A stretch of DNA of 55,106 nt from IMG/VR virus record IMGVR_UViG_3300036715_000866, positions 1 to 55,106 of that record. One strand, 5' to 3'. The position numbers and the translations under genes are program-made. Source of the stretch: a virus. Lineage: Duplodnaviria; Caudoviricetes. The notes under the pieces were generated by a model. That model was not told where the DNA came from. It worked only from the letters and a program-made list of their open reading frames with translations, and ran no database searches. Within the stretch, counting starts at the first letter, position 1, and each line of letters opens with the position of its first letter. Positions 17,828-28,332 of the stretch are shown here, in pieces.

Positions 17828-17903
17828 AGGCCACTCGTGCGGAATTGGGAGGGTGGCGTGAGGATCGCCCGCGCCACCGTTACAACAACTTCAGATCAAG
17901 CAT

Positions 17904-18473
17904 TCAGCGTTCGGACAGGTTGGCAATCGGCATGGCCGTGGTGAACGTGTTGTCATACAACGGGCTGACCGGTGTATTGACGTAGGTGACAACCAGCAAG
18001 GCGGCATCCAGCGCGGTCGTACCGCCAACGAAATCGGCAGCCGTGCCGTTGTAGACCACGATATAGCCGACTTGCAGTTTGCCGGCCGGTACCGCCGGCA
18101 GCAGCGCAATGGCGGCGGCGGAGCTGGTCGAATCAGCCGTCTTGGCGCTGGTCGTCATGGTTCCTGCGCTATCGACGTAGAACGCCCAGGCAGCGTACTT
18201 CAGTGTCGCCAGCGTACCAACCAATGCAGCCATGTCGGTGTCTGCCGTCTTGGTCACCGTAAGGCCGTTTACGCGGCAAATAATGGCCGTACTGGACTTG
18301 ACCACGGCGGAACCGCCCGCCTTGATGCACAGCGTGGCGGCGGTGATGACGCCGAAACACAGCGAGTTTACGGCGGTGATCAGATCATTGATTACATCGC
18401 CGAGCTTGGTTAATTTTGCAGCAGGGGCCATCTTGTTCAGCATGGCCTTCAGGGTGTTAATAGAACGGCTCAT
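17904..18473 (-). CDS. Virion structural protein (capsid decoration candidate)
   Basis: Ala/Thr-rich beta protein two genes after the capsid. Confidence 0.55.
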   Translation of the reverse strand: MSRSINTLKAMLNKMAPAAKLTKLGDVINDLITAVNSLCFGVITAATLCIKAGGSAVVKSSTAIICRVNGLTVTKTADTDMAALVGTLATLKYAAWAFYVDSAGTMTTSAKTADSTSSAAAIALLPAVPAGKLQVGYIVVYNGTAADFVGGTTALDAALLVVTYVNTPVSPLYDNTFTTAMPIANLSER

Positions 18474-18784
18474 TTTTCGACCTCTTCAGTGGTGGCGCCG
18501 GCTTTTGCAGCGCGCTTGCCTTGGGTTTTTGTGGCGACAGGATCATCTGCGGGCGATCCGACATCTTCTTGCGTCGGGCCATGGTCCGGGGTGGCAACCT
18601 GTTCCGATACAACCTGCGGTTCGGTTGCTTCATCGATCAGCACATAACCCGGAATGCTCGCAAACCGGGCGGCCGCCTCATCGGGAAGGTCTTCGGAAAC
18701 CATCCCGCCGCCGATGCCCGGAGAGAATTGGTAGCCACTGATTTTTTCAGAGGCATTTTGTAGATCGCACCTGACTTTCGCCAT
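18470..18784 (-). CDS. Small post-capsid protein
   Basis: 104 aa, FASIPGY then low-complexity tail. Confidence 0.65.
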   Translation of the reverse strand: MAKVRCDLQNASEKISGYQFSPGIGGGMVSEDLPDEAAARFASIPGYVLIDEATEPQVVSEQVATPDHGPTQEDVGSPADDPVATKTQGKRAAKAGATTEEVEK

Positions 18785-18811
18785 TTTCGTGCCCTCAAAA
18801 CATTCGATAAG

Positions 18812-18835
18812 CCGTGGGCAGTCGCCTGCCCACGG
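18812..18835 (-). terminator. Hairpin after the capsid gene
   Basis: Perfect 10-bp stem ccgtgggcag-tcgc-ctgcccacgg; weak U tract. Confidence 0.55.
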
Positions 18836-18853
18836 GCTCTATTCGATACCGGA

Positions 18854-20353
18854 TCAGCCGAACGGCTGCCAGGACGCGGTCGACGGCAGGATGTTCTTGA
18901 TGTAGCCGTGGTGCTTGGGCTTCGTCATCCGCAGGTAGCCGGACAGGAACTGGAACCAGGAGTACACCGGCATGCCGCCGATACCGAACGGCAGCGGGAT
19001 CTTGGTCATCGGCATGAACTGGCGCCAGCCAATCGCGTCCGCGCTGGGCTTCATATTCAGCAGCGGAACCGCGCAGGTTCCGGGGATGTCCAGGTTCAGG
19101 TCGACATGGGTTGTAGTGGCGCCACTCTTGGCGATCACTTTCACCAGGCGCATGTCGGACGGGGTGTTTGTGCCACCCTTGCGGCTGCGATAGATGGCGT
19201 AGCCGGTTTCGGTGCCGCCAACCGACTTGGTGATAGTCAGCGTCGCCTTCTCGCCGGAGGCCACGGCCGTCTGCGAAGTCAGGGCGATTTCAGACTGGCC
19301 TTCACCGGTCGGGCCGATTCCGGCCACGCCCCAGTAGTAGTTTCCGGCGCGGGGCGCGGTGAACTTGGAGGCGGGATCGGACGCGGTTGCCACGGTCACG
19401 CTGGCCGGCTTGAAAGCGGCATTGGCGACAGCAGTGGCGGGGAAGGTGACCTGGTATGGCTTGGCCATCAGGAAATCGCCGTGGTGCATGAAGGTGTCGA
19501 TGTGCGTATTCAGCACGCCGTTGGTCAGGCGAATCTTGTCGACATGAGCGCCAACCATCGGGGTATTGCCACCCTGCGGGGACCAGCGGAAGGCAGGGTC
19601 CAGACCGAGGTTGATGTCGGTCTGCACGGCGGTCGGCAGGTAGATGTCGGTCACGTTGCCCCAGGAGCCGTAGTCGAACACGGCGGCGTTGATGGCGCTG
19701 ATCGCCGCCACGTCGGTCAGCGGGACGCCATCCATGTTGTAGACGTGCTCGGGGCTGGATTCGCCGGCCGCGATACTGTCGTCGATCTGCTTGAAGATGC
19801 CGTCAAACTCGACCGGGCAGGCCGCCGAGTTGCCGTAGAACAACGCGTATTCAGCATCGGTCATGAGCTGCTTGGCGCCGTTCATTTCTTCCAGGGTCAT
19901 GGGGTTTGCAGCGTTGTTGCTGATGTCCAGCACCATGCCGACCTGGCGCATGGTCATCAGGAACTTTACCATGCCAACTTCGCGGCTGTACTCGCCCTGC
20001 GCTGCCCGAACCACGCCCATCTGGGAGTTGAAGGAGCCACCGGGGGCGCCGCCGACGTTGGTTTGACGCATGTACTCGTCGACGATATTGGTCGCGTTGG
20101 TCGTGCCCAGTTGCTTGAACAGAACGAAGTGCTCTTCCTCCTGCACCGTGGCTTTCATCACGGTATCAAGGGACTGCACGCCGAGCGCGCCGCCACCGGT
20201 CAGGGTCGCCACGTCGGTCTGGTAGTTGCTCGCGGTCAACGCCTTTTGCAGGTCGGCCAGTTGATCAAGGGCGCCGCCAGTTGATCCGCCCAGGGCGGGT
20301 GCGCCGCCGGCAGTCATGCCAGAGAATTGTTGCATCAGTCGTTGCAGGTTCAT
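18854..20353 (-). CDS. Major capsid protein, SPO1/Twort-like
   Basis: 499 aa; QKAL...GALGVQSLD, EYALFYGN...EFDG, C-terminal YAIYRS insertion domain. Confidence 0.9.
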   Translation of the reverse strand: MNLQRLMQQFSGMTAGGAPALGGSTGGALDQLADLQKALTASNYQTDVATLTGGGALGVQSLDTVMKATVQEEEHFVLFKQLGTTNATNIVDEYMRQTNVGGAPGGSFNSQMGVVRAAQGEYSREVGMVKFLMTMRQVGMVLDISNNAANPMTLEEMNGAKQLMTDAEYALFYGNSAACPVEFDGIFKQIDDSIAAGESSPEHVYNMDGVPLTDVAAISAINAAVFDYGSWGNVTDIYLPTAVQTDINLGLDPAFRWSPQGGNTPMVGAHVDKIRLTNGVLNTHIDTFMHHGDFLMAKPYQVTFPATAVANAAFKPASVTVATASDPASKFTAPRAGNYYWGVAGIGPTGEGQSEIALTSQTAVASGEKATLTITKSVGGTETGYAIYRSRKGGTNTPSDMRLVKVIAKSGATTTHVDLNLDIPGTCAVPLLNMKPSADAIGWRQFMPMTKIPLPFGIGGMPVYSWFQFLSGYLRMTKPKHHGYIKNILPSTASWQPFG

Positions 20354-20383
20354 CTTGGTTTCCTCTCTCTCGGATTTGCTGGG

Positions 20384-21043
20384 TTACTGCATGATTTTGG
20401 ACAGCAGACCGCTATCCGGGACTTGCTGGGCACGCAGGGCACCATCCACCAGCGCGGCTTCGCGCCAGGTGATCCTGCCCTTGTCTGCGGCGGCATACGC
20501 CTTCGCCATGATGGCTTCGGCGGTCAGGGAGGGAGCCTTGTCGGCCACGCCGGCAACAGCCTTGTCGGAGATCGACAACGTGGTCTTGCGCCCGGCGCCC
20601 TGACTGCCGATGGCGGCAACCTGAGACTTGAGCAGCGAGATTTCCTTGGCTTGCTTGGTCACGGTGGCCGAGGTGGACTTAAGCATGCTGACGGCCGCGC
20701 CCAGGGCTTTCGCCAGGTCGGATTCGGATTCGTCGATCCGGCCCATGAGCGCCTTCACCAGGGCGGTGCCGTCGATTGCTTCGACTTCCTCGCCGTTGAT
20801 GGTGGCGGTGAAGGACTTGCCCATCGGGTCGCCTTCGTCTTTACCTTCTTCGTCCTCGCGGGCTTCACGCTCCTCGCGCTCCTCGCGCTCTTCGTCGGTT
20901 TCCTCGTCGCCATCGGCCTCGCCAGCCTCACCGGCAGCGGCAGCGGCCTTGATCTTGGCGTCGTCGGCCCCCTCGTTCGGCATGGCTTTCGCCAGCGTTT
21001 CCATGTCTTGCAGTTCTTTCAGCAATTCGGCGTATGCGCTCAT
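20384..21043 (-). CDS. Scaffolding protein
   Basis: Start 21043 (MSAYAELLK); acidic tract, coiled coil, many xKA/KS sites; between protease and capsid. Confidence 0.75.
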   Translation of the reverse strand: MSAYAELLKELQDMETLAKAMPNEGADDAKIKAAAAAGEAGEADGDEETDEEREEREEREAREDEEGKDEGDPMGKSFTATINGEEVEAIDGTALVKALMGRIDESESDLAKALGAAVSMLKSTSATVTKQAKEISLLKSQVAAIGSQGAGRKTTLSISDKAVAGVADKAPSLTAEAIMAKAYAAADKGRITWREAALVDGALRAQQVPDSGLLSKIMQ

Positions 21044-21975
21044 TGCGGTTTCCTCTTCAGGTTGGTTTGCAGGCCGCGCAGGAACGCTTCGACCCATTCG
21101 GCGGCGGTGGACTCGTCCACGCCGTATTCTCCGACCACGTGCGAGACCAGCCCGCGCGCGTTCATGGATTTGACGCGGCCGGTCTTGATGTCTCCGGCCA
21201 GGCGCTCCCGGAAATCCCAGTAGCCGCCAGGGATGGTTTGCTTGATTTTTCGGTCCAGGGACTGCACGCCCAGCGCGGCGCCGCCGGTCAATGTGCCCAT
21301 GTCAGTGCCGTAGCCGGCCTGAAGCGCCTTGACCACGAAACCGTTCAGGCTCTTGGCGAACACGCCTTCCGCCCTGGTGGAAACCTCCGGCACGGTCTTG
21401 TTGACCGGGCAGCGGTCCAGCGCGACGTTGTTCCAGCGCACCTTGTCAATCACCGCCACCTTGGCGCCGGTATCTGGGTCCAGCTTGATCGACTTGCCCA
21501 GCACCGAACCGCCGACACTGGGATACCAGCGCGACGGCGGCGACTGCGCGGTGAGCGATTTCCACACCATGTCGGCGTTCTTCGCCATCGGCGAATCGCC
21601 GCGATAGAGCAACGCCTTGACGAACGTGCGCGGCCCCTCCATGCGCACATCGACCGGCTTCCCGATTTCGTACTCCATGAAATTCTCGATGCCTGATTTC
21701 GGCCCGAGGATGGAGTAGTGCGACAGGTCGATGTTGCCGTGGCGCAGGTAGTAGCCGGCGCTCTCCGCCAGCGCCCTTTGCAGGATGACTTCGTTCTGGT
21801 GGTCCAGGTCTTCGTTGCTGGCCTCAAAGTACAGTACCCGATCCTCGCCCTCGCTGGCCGGCGTCGCCTTGAGCAGACCACCCAGGCTAATGAACTCGGG
21901 AACGGCGCACAGCAGTTCGTCGTCGCATTGCTGCGCGACGTATCCGCTCACTCCACTTCCCGCATAACCGTACAT
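21040..21975 (-). CDS. Prohead protease
   Basis: EASNEDLDHQNE, NIDLSH, IGKP, YPSVGG, NVALDRCPVN; start uncertain (21975 or 22002). Confidence 0.85.
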   Translation of the reverse strand: MYGYAGSGVSGYVAQQCDDELLCAVPEFISLGGLLKATPASEGEDRVLYFEASNEDLDHQNEVILQRALAESAGYYLRHGNIDLSHYSILGPKSGIENFMEYEIGKPVDVRMEGPRTFVKALLYRGDSPMAKNADMVWKSLTAQSPPSRWYPSVGGSVLGKSIKLDPDTGAKVAVIDKVRWNNVALDRCPVNKTVPEVSTRAEGVFAKSLNGFVVKALQAGYGTDMGTLTGGAALGVQSLDRKIKQTIPGGYWDFRERLAGDIKTGRVKSMNARGLVSHVVGEYGVDESTAAEWVEAFLRGLQTNLKRKPQ

Positions 21976-22061
21976 TCGACACCCAAAAAAATTGGCCGTC
22001 ATCGCGTAGCATTGCGCTACGTCTTGGCGGCCCTAAATGGCCCTCTCTACGAGGTGACGCT

Positions 22062-22076
22062 AATCTAGCGTCACGA
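22062..22076 (-). promoter_or_regulatory. Putative late promoter TCGTGAC-GC-TAGATT within a 9-bp inverted repeat
   Basis: Upstream of protease-scaffold-capsid; palindrome gtgacgcta-atc-tagcgtcac at 22054-22074. Confidence 0.7.
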
Positions 22077-22268
22077 CTTCAGGAAGAACAGAACCGTCTT
22101 GTCCTGCACCGCCTTCGCCATGGTCTGGCTGAATGGCACGTCGCCCTTGCAATGCGGGCAGATGGCGACCAGCGACGCGGCCTTTAGCACTAGTCCGGAC
22201 GTGCGAATCATGGTTTCTCCGCCTCGCGACTCGCGCAATAGGTTGGTTCCGCACTTGGGACAGTTCAT
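22071..22268 (-). CDS. Zn-ribbon protein
   Basis: CPKC...CPHC, ends VLFFLKS; ATGA-coupled to the upstream gene. Confidence 0.75.
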   Translation of the reverse strand: MNCPKCGTNLLRESRGGETMIRTSGLVLKAASLVAICPHCKGDVPFSQTMAKAVQDKTVLFFLKS

Positions 22269-22989
22269 GCCGCCTTCCTGGCGTCTTCGGCTTCCTTCTC
22301 CTTGGCGCGCAAGGCATCGGCTGCGATTTGCTCGACCTCCATCCTTTCGTAATCCGTGCGCAGTTGTTCCTGTTGCTGCTTTCTGTACGAAACCACATCT
22401 TCAGATGGCGCGCTCCCGTTTCCGACTATCACCAGAGTGTTTTCCTGGTATCGCGGTCCGGGCTGTGTGTAATACTCCCCAGGCAATCCCTTCGCCGCCT
22501 CGAACAGCATCTCCGCTGCGCCTGGGAAGAAGCGGTATTTGTCGGCATACTTCATGTCGGATATGACCGCACCGATCTTCTTCCACCACACGTCGCGTCC
22601 ATTGCGGATGAACAACCTTTCGTCGTTTGGTCCTGACATGAACGGGCTCTCGTTCTGACGACATCGCTCGGAACATACGGCCACGATGCGTATAGCTTTC
22701 CTGTTTTTCGAGTTCCTTCTCGAAACGGGACACCATCACCAGGAACTGTTCGAATACGGCGGCGGTTGGAGTGGGTTTTTTTCGTCTCGCGCACTGCGGA
22801 TGGTTTATGCGGCTCAGTTGCAGCATGCTCAATATTCGCCGTGTGCGCCGGCACATCGCGGCCGTTCTTGTCAGTGTAGCCTTTCACTGGAGTGGGCTAG
22901 GTGAACAGAATCCGCTGCTGCCCGTCACCAAACAGCTCCCCCGGCAGGTTGTCGTGACGGTCGCGTGCTTTGAGGAACGGGTAAATCAT
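22265..22989 (-). pseudogene. Disrupted internal head protein
   Basis: MIYPFLKARDRHDNLPGELFGDGQQRILFT*PTPVKGYTDKNG (TAG 22897-22899); probable indels near the A7 run (22776-22782) and near 22650. Confidence 0.65.
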
Positions 22990-23237
22990 GCCTTATCTCC
23001 CATCAATATCCGTTGCAGTCGCCCGCGCTCCAGCGTCAGGCCATCGTACTGCCTGGCTGCGCCATCGTCCAGGAATACTCGCGGTCGCAGCGCCTTGATG
23101 TCGGCTTCCACGGCTTCTAGGCGCTTGCCGGCGGCGGTCTGGATGTTCTTCTCGGCCTGTTCCGATCGGGCGCGCATGCCTGCCAGTTTTACAAGCTGGA
23201 CGCGCAGGGCGGATGTATGCTGGGTGGTATCGTTCAT
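22986..23237 (-). CDS. Hypothetical helical protein
   Basis: 83 aa with overlapping start/stop on both sides. Confidence 0.75.
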   Translation of the reverse strand: MNDTTQHTSALRVQLVKLAGMRARSEQAEKNIQTAAGKRLEAVEADIKALRPRVFLDDGAARQYDGLTLERGRLQRILMGDKA

Positions 23238-23590
23238 GCTGCCCTCAGAAACGGTATCCGAAAGGATTTGGTCAGTGGTTGCGCCTCGGCTTTGTTGGTG
23301 ATCTTGTACGCATTCTTGTTCAGCGTATCGACTTTTTCTTGCAGACGGGCGAACTTTCCTTCCGACATCCAGGCTTCGATCACAGCAGGCGCCTGGATGT
23401 CGACCGCATCCAGCGCGATGGCAGCAGGCGTCGCAGACACTTCGTCTTGCGCAACAAGATGCCGCTGCACATGCGACCGGCGGGAGCCCCCGTTCTCGTC
23501 GACATAGCCGACGTGGCTGATCATCTGCTGGAACAAGTCACCGGTGGCCTGGTCGTGGCGGTCTACCGCCTTGAGGAACAACACACGCAT
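23234..23590 (-). CDS. Putative internal head protein
   Basis: MRVLFLKA...TGDLF...VGYVDENG. Confidence 0.75.
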   Translation of the reverse strand: MRVLFLKAVDRHDQATGDLFQQMISHVGYVDENGGSRRSHVQRHLVAQDEVSATPAAIALDAVDIQAPAVIEAWMSEGKFARLQEKVDTLNKNAYKITNKAEAQPLTKSFRIPFLRAA

Positions 23591-26500
23591 CAGAACAGCC
23601 CCTTTTCTTCCCGTTCCATCCTGGCGCGCGCGATATGCGCCGCCAGCCCGGTATCGTCCAACCCCTCCAGCGGCGTCGTCAGGATGCCGCGCAGTTCATC
23701 CTTCTTCAGCAAGCGGTCGCGGGCTCGGCGCTCGCTCGGGTGATCGGCCACCAGGTCGATCAACTCCACGTCGTTCTTCTGCCCCAGGCGGTTGATGCGG
23801 CCATTTCTTTGGTGGAACGTCTTCGCGGTGACAGGGCAATCGTACTGCACCAGCCATTGCCCGCGCTGCGCGTTGAGGCCGACGGCGCCGGCATCAGAGG
23901 CCACCAGAATATCGGCTTCCGCCTCCCCATTCTCCGGGTTGAACATGCGCTTCTTGTGGAATTTTTCCTTCGCCGAGTCGGAACCGGTAATCACCACCAC
24001 GCGATGCCCTTCCTTGCGCAGACGATCGGCAATCGTGGCCACTTCATTGAGGCCGTGCGCGAACACCACACCCGGCTTGCCGCGCCGCTCGTTAGCCAGG
24101 CGCGAGACGGCTTCCTGCTTTGCGCCGTTGGCGTGCCCGTTGATGGCGCGGCGATACGCGGTTTCCTTGAGAATATCCAGATTTGTTTGCAGCTTCTTCG
24201 CCACTTCCGCATGCCGCGCCGGGTCGACACCCACGAACGAGGACGGGGACAAGGCTTTCACGGCATCGACATCTACCTGGCCGCGCATGCGCGCCAGCCG
24301 AGCGCGCGCCAGGTTCGACTCAACCGCCTTGCTCGCCGTCTCTTGGTCGGCGTTGAGCTTTACGTTCTCGACCCGTCGCGTGACCTTGACGCCGGACTCG
24401 ATTTTGCCGGGGTAGAAGTAGCGGGCCAGTTCGCGGCGCAATTCATCCTTCGCGGCCGGCATATCCACCCCGTACTTGCGCATGAAGGCTTTCGGGTCGT
24501 GGTAGCGCACCGGGTCGATCTTTTGCAGAAGGCTAAACAGTTCTGACGGGTCGTTCTTCACAGGGTCGGCCGACGCATTGACGTAATATGGCGTGTTGTG
24601 CGCGACCGAATCGACCACGTTGGCCAGCAGCGAGTTTTCCTTGCCGGCCCTGTTCAACAGGTCATGGCCTTCGTCTACCGCCAGGAAGTCATGATTCATG
24701 CCAGCCTTGTCCATCACCCCGCGCATCCATTCCTTGCGCGCGCCCGAATCCATGCCGTTGATCTTCTCGGCCATCGCCGCTTCATCGATTCCGGCCTGCT
24801 TGGCGCCCAGGTGAACCATGTCGTCGCGGAAGCCTTGATGCGTGACGACGCTGAAGTGCGTGTCGGGATCTTGGTACGCCTTGATGCGTTCCTCGCGGCT
24901 GGCGCCGGGCTCGATGTGCCACTTGAAGCCCTTGCCGCCGTTGGCGTTCGGGTCCAGATAGCGCAGGGCCTCGCCGGAGAACTGGCCCTGCACGATGGAC
25001 GGGACCACGAACAGGCCGCGCTTCGCCTTGCCAGTTTCATGCAGGTGCGCGAATCCACCCAGCATGATCAAAGTTTTGCCGCTTCCCACACCTTGCGGTA
25101 GCACCATGCGCTTGTTCTTCTCCAGCAGCTTCACGGCGCGCTGCTGGTTGACGTACCTCCCTGACATCGACGGCTGCCAGAGCCGAGTCGGCTCGCCGGG
25201 CTTGAAGTTCTTCCCGACCGCCGACATCATGGCCGCCAAGTGTTGCTCCGCCGCCTGCCCAAGCGTGTGCCGCTGATCGGCCTGGAGCGGGGTTTCCTTC
25301 TCCGGCTCCGGCTCGGTCGAGAAGAATCCCATCTGCGACTGCGCCGCCGCCTCTTTCTGGTCGCGCGCCGCCATCAGCTTGTCTGACACCGCGCCGCTGG
25401 CGTACTTTCCAGCCACGCGCTCGCGCAGAGAATCGACCAGTTTCCGCTGTTCCTGGATGCGCGCCTCGCGCGCCGCCGGGTCGACCGCATCCAAGTGGTT
25501 GAGGTTCCCGGCGATCACCGTGCGGCCCAGCTTCAACGGGGCGCCGGGATTGAGCGTGTTGTAGGCATTGTGGAACTGCTGCGCCACCCGGCCGCGCACC
25601 ATGTCCTGCACCGCCTGGTAAGCCTTGGCCGGGCCACCCATGATGGTGGAGTACTTGTTCCAGTCCAGGCCGGCGGCATTCAGCGCCTCGGCTTTCTGGT
25701 CGCGCTCCTGTTTCCAGGATTGCCATGCCGGGTTGATGGAGGTCTCGCCGAACATATCGACGCTCTCCTTCTCCGGCTCGTTGCGTTCGTGCTCGACGAG
25801 TTCCTGCCGCAGTCCGGCCGCCTTCGCATCCTTCTTGCCGACGTTGGCCCACCAGTAGTCGCGTAGGGCTTTCTGCCCTACGGCGCCCAGGTCGCCCACC
25901 GGCTGATAGGCCAGCACGCCGGCCGGCTCTTCCGACAGGGCGCGGTGCAGCGCGTCGACAGATTTCTGGTCGGTCGTGAAATTCTGGCGATGCAGCGGTG
26001 ACACCTTGCCGCCATAACGCGAATCAACAAAATCGTCAGCCATCTTCTCAAAGGCGGCCTGGTGCGTCTCGGCGCGCAGCAACTTGCCATCGCCATCCTT
26101 GAGCGGGACGAGTTCTTCCAGGGCTGCCATGTAGCCTTCGCGGTCGCCAGACTTCTCGATCATGTCCTGCGAGAGCAGGTCGGCTACGATGTCGGCCGGC
26201 GCGTCGCCGTCCGCCGTGCGCCCGCCGATGTAATCGCGTAGCCCACGGGCCAATCCTACATAGGAGGGATCGAACGATTGCGCCAGACGCGGCGAGATGC
26301 CGGGCTGGATGTTGGTCGCCAGGTCTGGCCTGTTGGCGACCCCCTTCGGGAGCCAGCCGTCTTCGTCCTCTCTGCCTTCCATGATGTCCAGGTTACTCCT
26401 GATCCGCGCCTGGTCTTCCCGCGCAATCGGCTTGGCCAGCCGATCCATGCCAGTTCCAGCAACGGTTAGGAATCTTTCGCTGCCGACGGAGTTGATGGTG

Positions 26501-28326
26501 TAGTCGCCACGGTCCAACCCGATAGCGCGAGCACGGGTAATTGCGTCTTCCAGGGATACGTTACCAAGTGACACCTCGATCTTGTCTTTCTTGCCCTGTT
26601 TCATGGCCATGACCAGTGCGGCGTTGGCTTCCATTTCGCCCAAGGTCTGCCCGAGGATTCGGGTGGCCGCGTCGACCGCTTCCATGCGCTTCTGGTTCAA
26701 TTCGCGCATGCGCGTCAGGTCGGCGCCGTTGCCGGCGGCTTCCAGTTCGATTCCCTGCGCCACGGCCTTCCACTGCATCGCCTCTTTCACTGCCGCGTCG
26801 GTCGCTTTCATATAGTGCTCGACGTGGTAGGTCTGGAGGCCATCTCGGAGGTCGGCAAACTCATCGGCAGTCAGGTCGGATTGCAGCCGGCGCGCGAGCA
26901 CCTGCGCCGCCCCGGCCACGCCCAGCACATCCACAGTCATACGGTCGATCAGCCCGGCCCCGGACGCCGTCAGCGCCACCGCGTTGAAGGCGTTGTTGGC
27001 GCCAATGCCTAGATGCCGGCCGATGGCCTTCTTCGGGTCGCCCCCTGCCTGCTTTCCGACTTCATCCAGGAAGCCGCGCGTCGCCACCGTCTTCAGGTCG
27101 GCCTCCAGTTCCGACTTGACCTTTTCGTCGAGGTCCGCCGCATCGGCCTCCAGGATATAGACGCCCTTGGGCTCGACCGCCTTGCCGATGTGCTTGTTGG
27201 CCTCGCGCGCCTTGGCGTGAACCGCCTTCAGCTTCTTCTCGGCCTTGAGCAGTTCCATCGCCTTCTTTGCGTCGATCAACTTGGCCTCGGCATCTTTCGG
27301 CGCAGGGTCGCGCATGGTCTTCAGTTCTTCGGCGATCCGCGCCGCCGCGGCCCGGCGCTTCTCATTCGAGCGCGGCTTGAAATCCTCGCCCTGGATTTCC
27401 TTCTTCTCTTCCTTGACCGCTTCCGGCGTGGCGCCATGCTTGGCGGCCTCGCCCTTGAAGTAGACCGCAAAGCCGGGGCCTGTATCGGGGCGCACCGGGT
27501 CCATGTCCTGCGTCGATATGACCTCGGTATCCGGCGTCTCCAACGGCACCTCTCCGCTGAAGGCTTCCTCGCGGGCATCGGCATCGGCAAGCAGGCGCTG
27601 TCTCTGCAGGTCGACCGCCTCGGTGGCCTTCTTCAGCCACGCGCGATGATGGTTCTCGTAGGCTTTCTTCTGTGCCGCGTCGGACAGGTTCGACGCGGTA
27701 TCCGGGTCGTACTGCGCCCCTTCCCAGCCCATCGCCTCTGCCACGGTCTTGATGTACTCGCGCTCCGCCGCCGTGACCTGGGCCTTCACCTGGTCATGGA
27801 CGGCCTTTTTCTGCTCGTAGATGCCAAGTTCCTTGTCGCGCTTAGTCTGTTCCTTCTTGGCATTGCGCCCTTCCGCCGCCTCCTGGCGGTACTGGTCTGC
27901 GCTCTTGACGTTCTTCAGCTTGAGGTAGTTGAGCTTCCCGCCGGCCCCGCCGATGACGTGGTATACGCCGCTGCCGCTGTGCGTTTCTCGGACCAGTACC
28001 GGAGTTCCCTTGGATTCCTTGTCGCCTCCCGCATGTACAGTTATCCACCTCTCGCCGGCTCCAAGCGCCTTATTGAGAGTGGCCGCCAGACCTTCCCTGT
28101 GCATATCCTTGAAATCTGGTACCTTGCTTTCGCCGTTTCCAGAATAGGGAAGCATTCCTTGCCGTTCAGGGTAATCATGGCATGGCTCCAATGACTTGAT
28201 CAGCGCATCTACGCCAAATGTGAACTGCCCGGCCTCCAGGTCGTAGGCGTTGCCGGACGGCATGATCAGGGTGATGGACTTGGCCATACCCTTCCCGCAA
28301 AACAGGATTCTGGATGAGGTACTCAT
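23590..28326 (-). CDS. Large SNF2-like helicase-domain (polyvalent) protein, probably virion-packaged
   Basis: 1578 aa; GVGSGKT, VDEGH, GAVGLNAQ, QRNGRINRLGQ; N-terminal xKS/KA sites and RWITVH. Confidence 0.85.
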   Translation of the reverse strand: MSTSSRILFCGKGMAKSITLIMPSGNAYDLEAGQFTFGVDALIKSLEPCHDYPERQGMLPYSGNGESKVPDFKDMHREGLAATLNKALGAGERWITVHAGGDKESKGTPVLVRETHSGSGVYHVIGGAGGKLNYLKLKNVKSADQYRQEAAEGRNAKKEQTKRDKELGIYEQKKAVHDQVKAQVTAAEREYIKTVAEAMGWEGAQYDPDTASNLSDAAQKKAYENHHRAWLKKATEAVDLQRQRLLADADAREEAFSGEVPLETPDTEVISTQDMDPVRPDTGPGFAVYFKGEAAKHGATPEAVKEEKKEIQGEDFKPRSNEKRRAAAARIAEELKTMRDPAPKDAEAKLIDAKKAMELLKAEKKLKAVHAKAREANKHIGKAVEPKGVYILEADAADLDEKVKSELEADLKTVATRGFLDEVGKQAGGDPKKAIGRHLGIGANNAFNAVALTASGAGLIDRMTVDVLGVAGAAQVLARRLQSDLTADEFADLRDGLQTYHVEHYMKATDAAVKEAMQWKAVAQGIELEAAGNGADLTRMRELNQKRMEAVDAATRILGQTLGEMEANAALVMAMKQGKKDKIEVSLGNVSLEDAITRARAIGLDRGDYTINSVGSERFLTVAGTGMDRLAKPIAREDQARIRSNLDIMEGREDEDGWLPKGVANRPDLATNIQPGISPRLAQSFDPSYVGLARGLRDYIGGRTADGDAPADIVADLLSQDMIEKSGDREGYMAALEELVPLKDGDGKLLRAETHQAAFEKMADDFVDSRYGGKVSPLHRQNFTTDQKSVDALHRALSEEPAGVLAYQPVGDLGAVGQKALRDYWWANVGKKDAKAAGLRQELVEHERNEPEKESVDMFGETSINPAWQSWKQERDQKAEALNAAGLDWNKYSTIMGGPAKAYQAVQDMVRGRVAQQFHNAYNTLNPGAPLKLGRTVIAGNLNHLDAVDPAAREARIQEQRKLVDSLRERVAGKYASGAVSDKLMAARDQKEAAAQSQMGFFSTEPEPEKETPLQADQRHTLGQAAEQHLAAMMSAVGKNFKPGEPTRLWQPSMSGRYVNQQRAVKLLEKNKRMVLPQGVGSGKTLIMLGGFAHLHETGKAKRGLFVVPSIVQGQFSGEALRYLDPNANGGKGFKWHIEPGASREERIKAYQDPDTHFSVVTHQGFRDDMVHLGAKQAGIDEAAMAEKINGMDSGARKEWMRGVMDKAGMNHDFLAVDEGHDLLNRAGKENSLLANVVDSVAHNTPYYVNASADPVKNDPSELFSLLQKIDPVRYHDPKAFMRKYGVDMPAAKDELRRELARYFYPGKIESGVKVTRRVENVKLNADQETASKAVESNLARARLARMRGQVDVDAVKALSPSSFVGVDPARHAEVAKKLQTNLDILKETAYRRAINGHANGAKQEAVSRLANERRGKPGVVFAHGLNEVATIADRLRKEGHRVVVITGSDSAKEKFHKKRMFNPENGEAEADILVASDAGAVGLNAQRGQWLVQYDCPVTAKTFHQRNGRINRLGQKNDVELIDLVADHPSERRARDRLLKKDELRGILTTPLEGLDDTGLAAHIARARMEREEKGLF

Positions 28327-28332
28327 GGTGCT

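Noticed and set aside
22952-22966. Plus-strand TCGTGAC (also at 40997) as a late promoter
   Set aside because: No YANNNT follows; both lie within coding sequence on the other strand.
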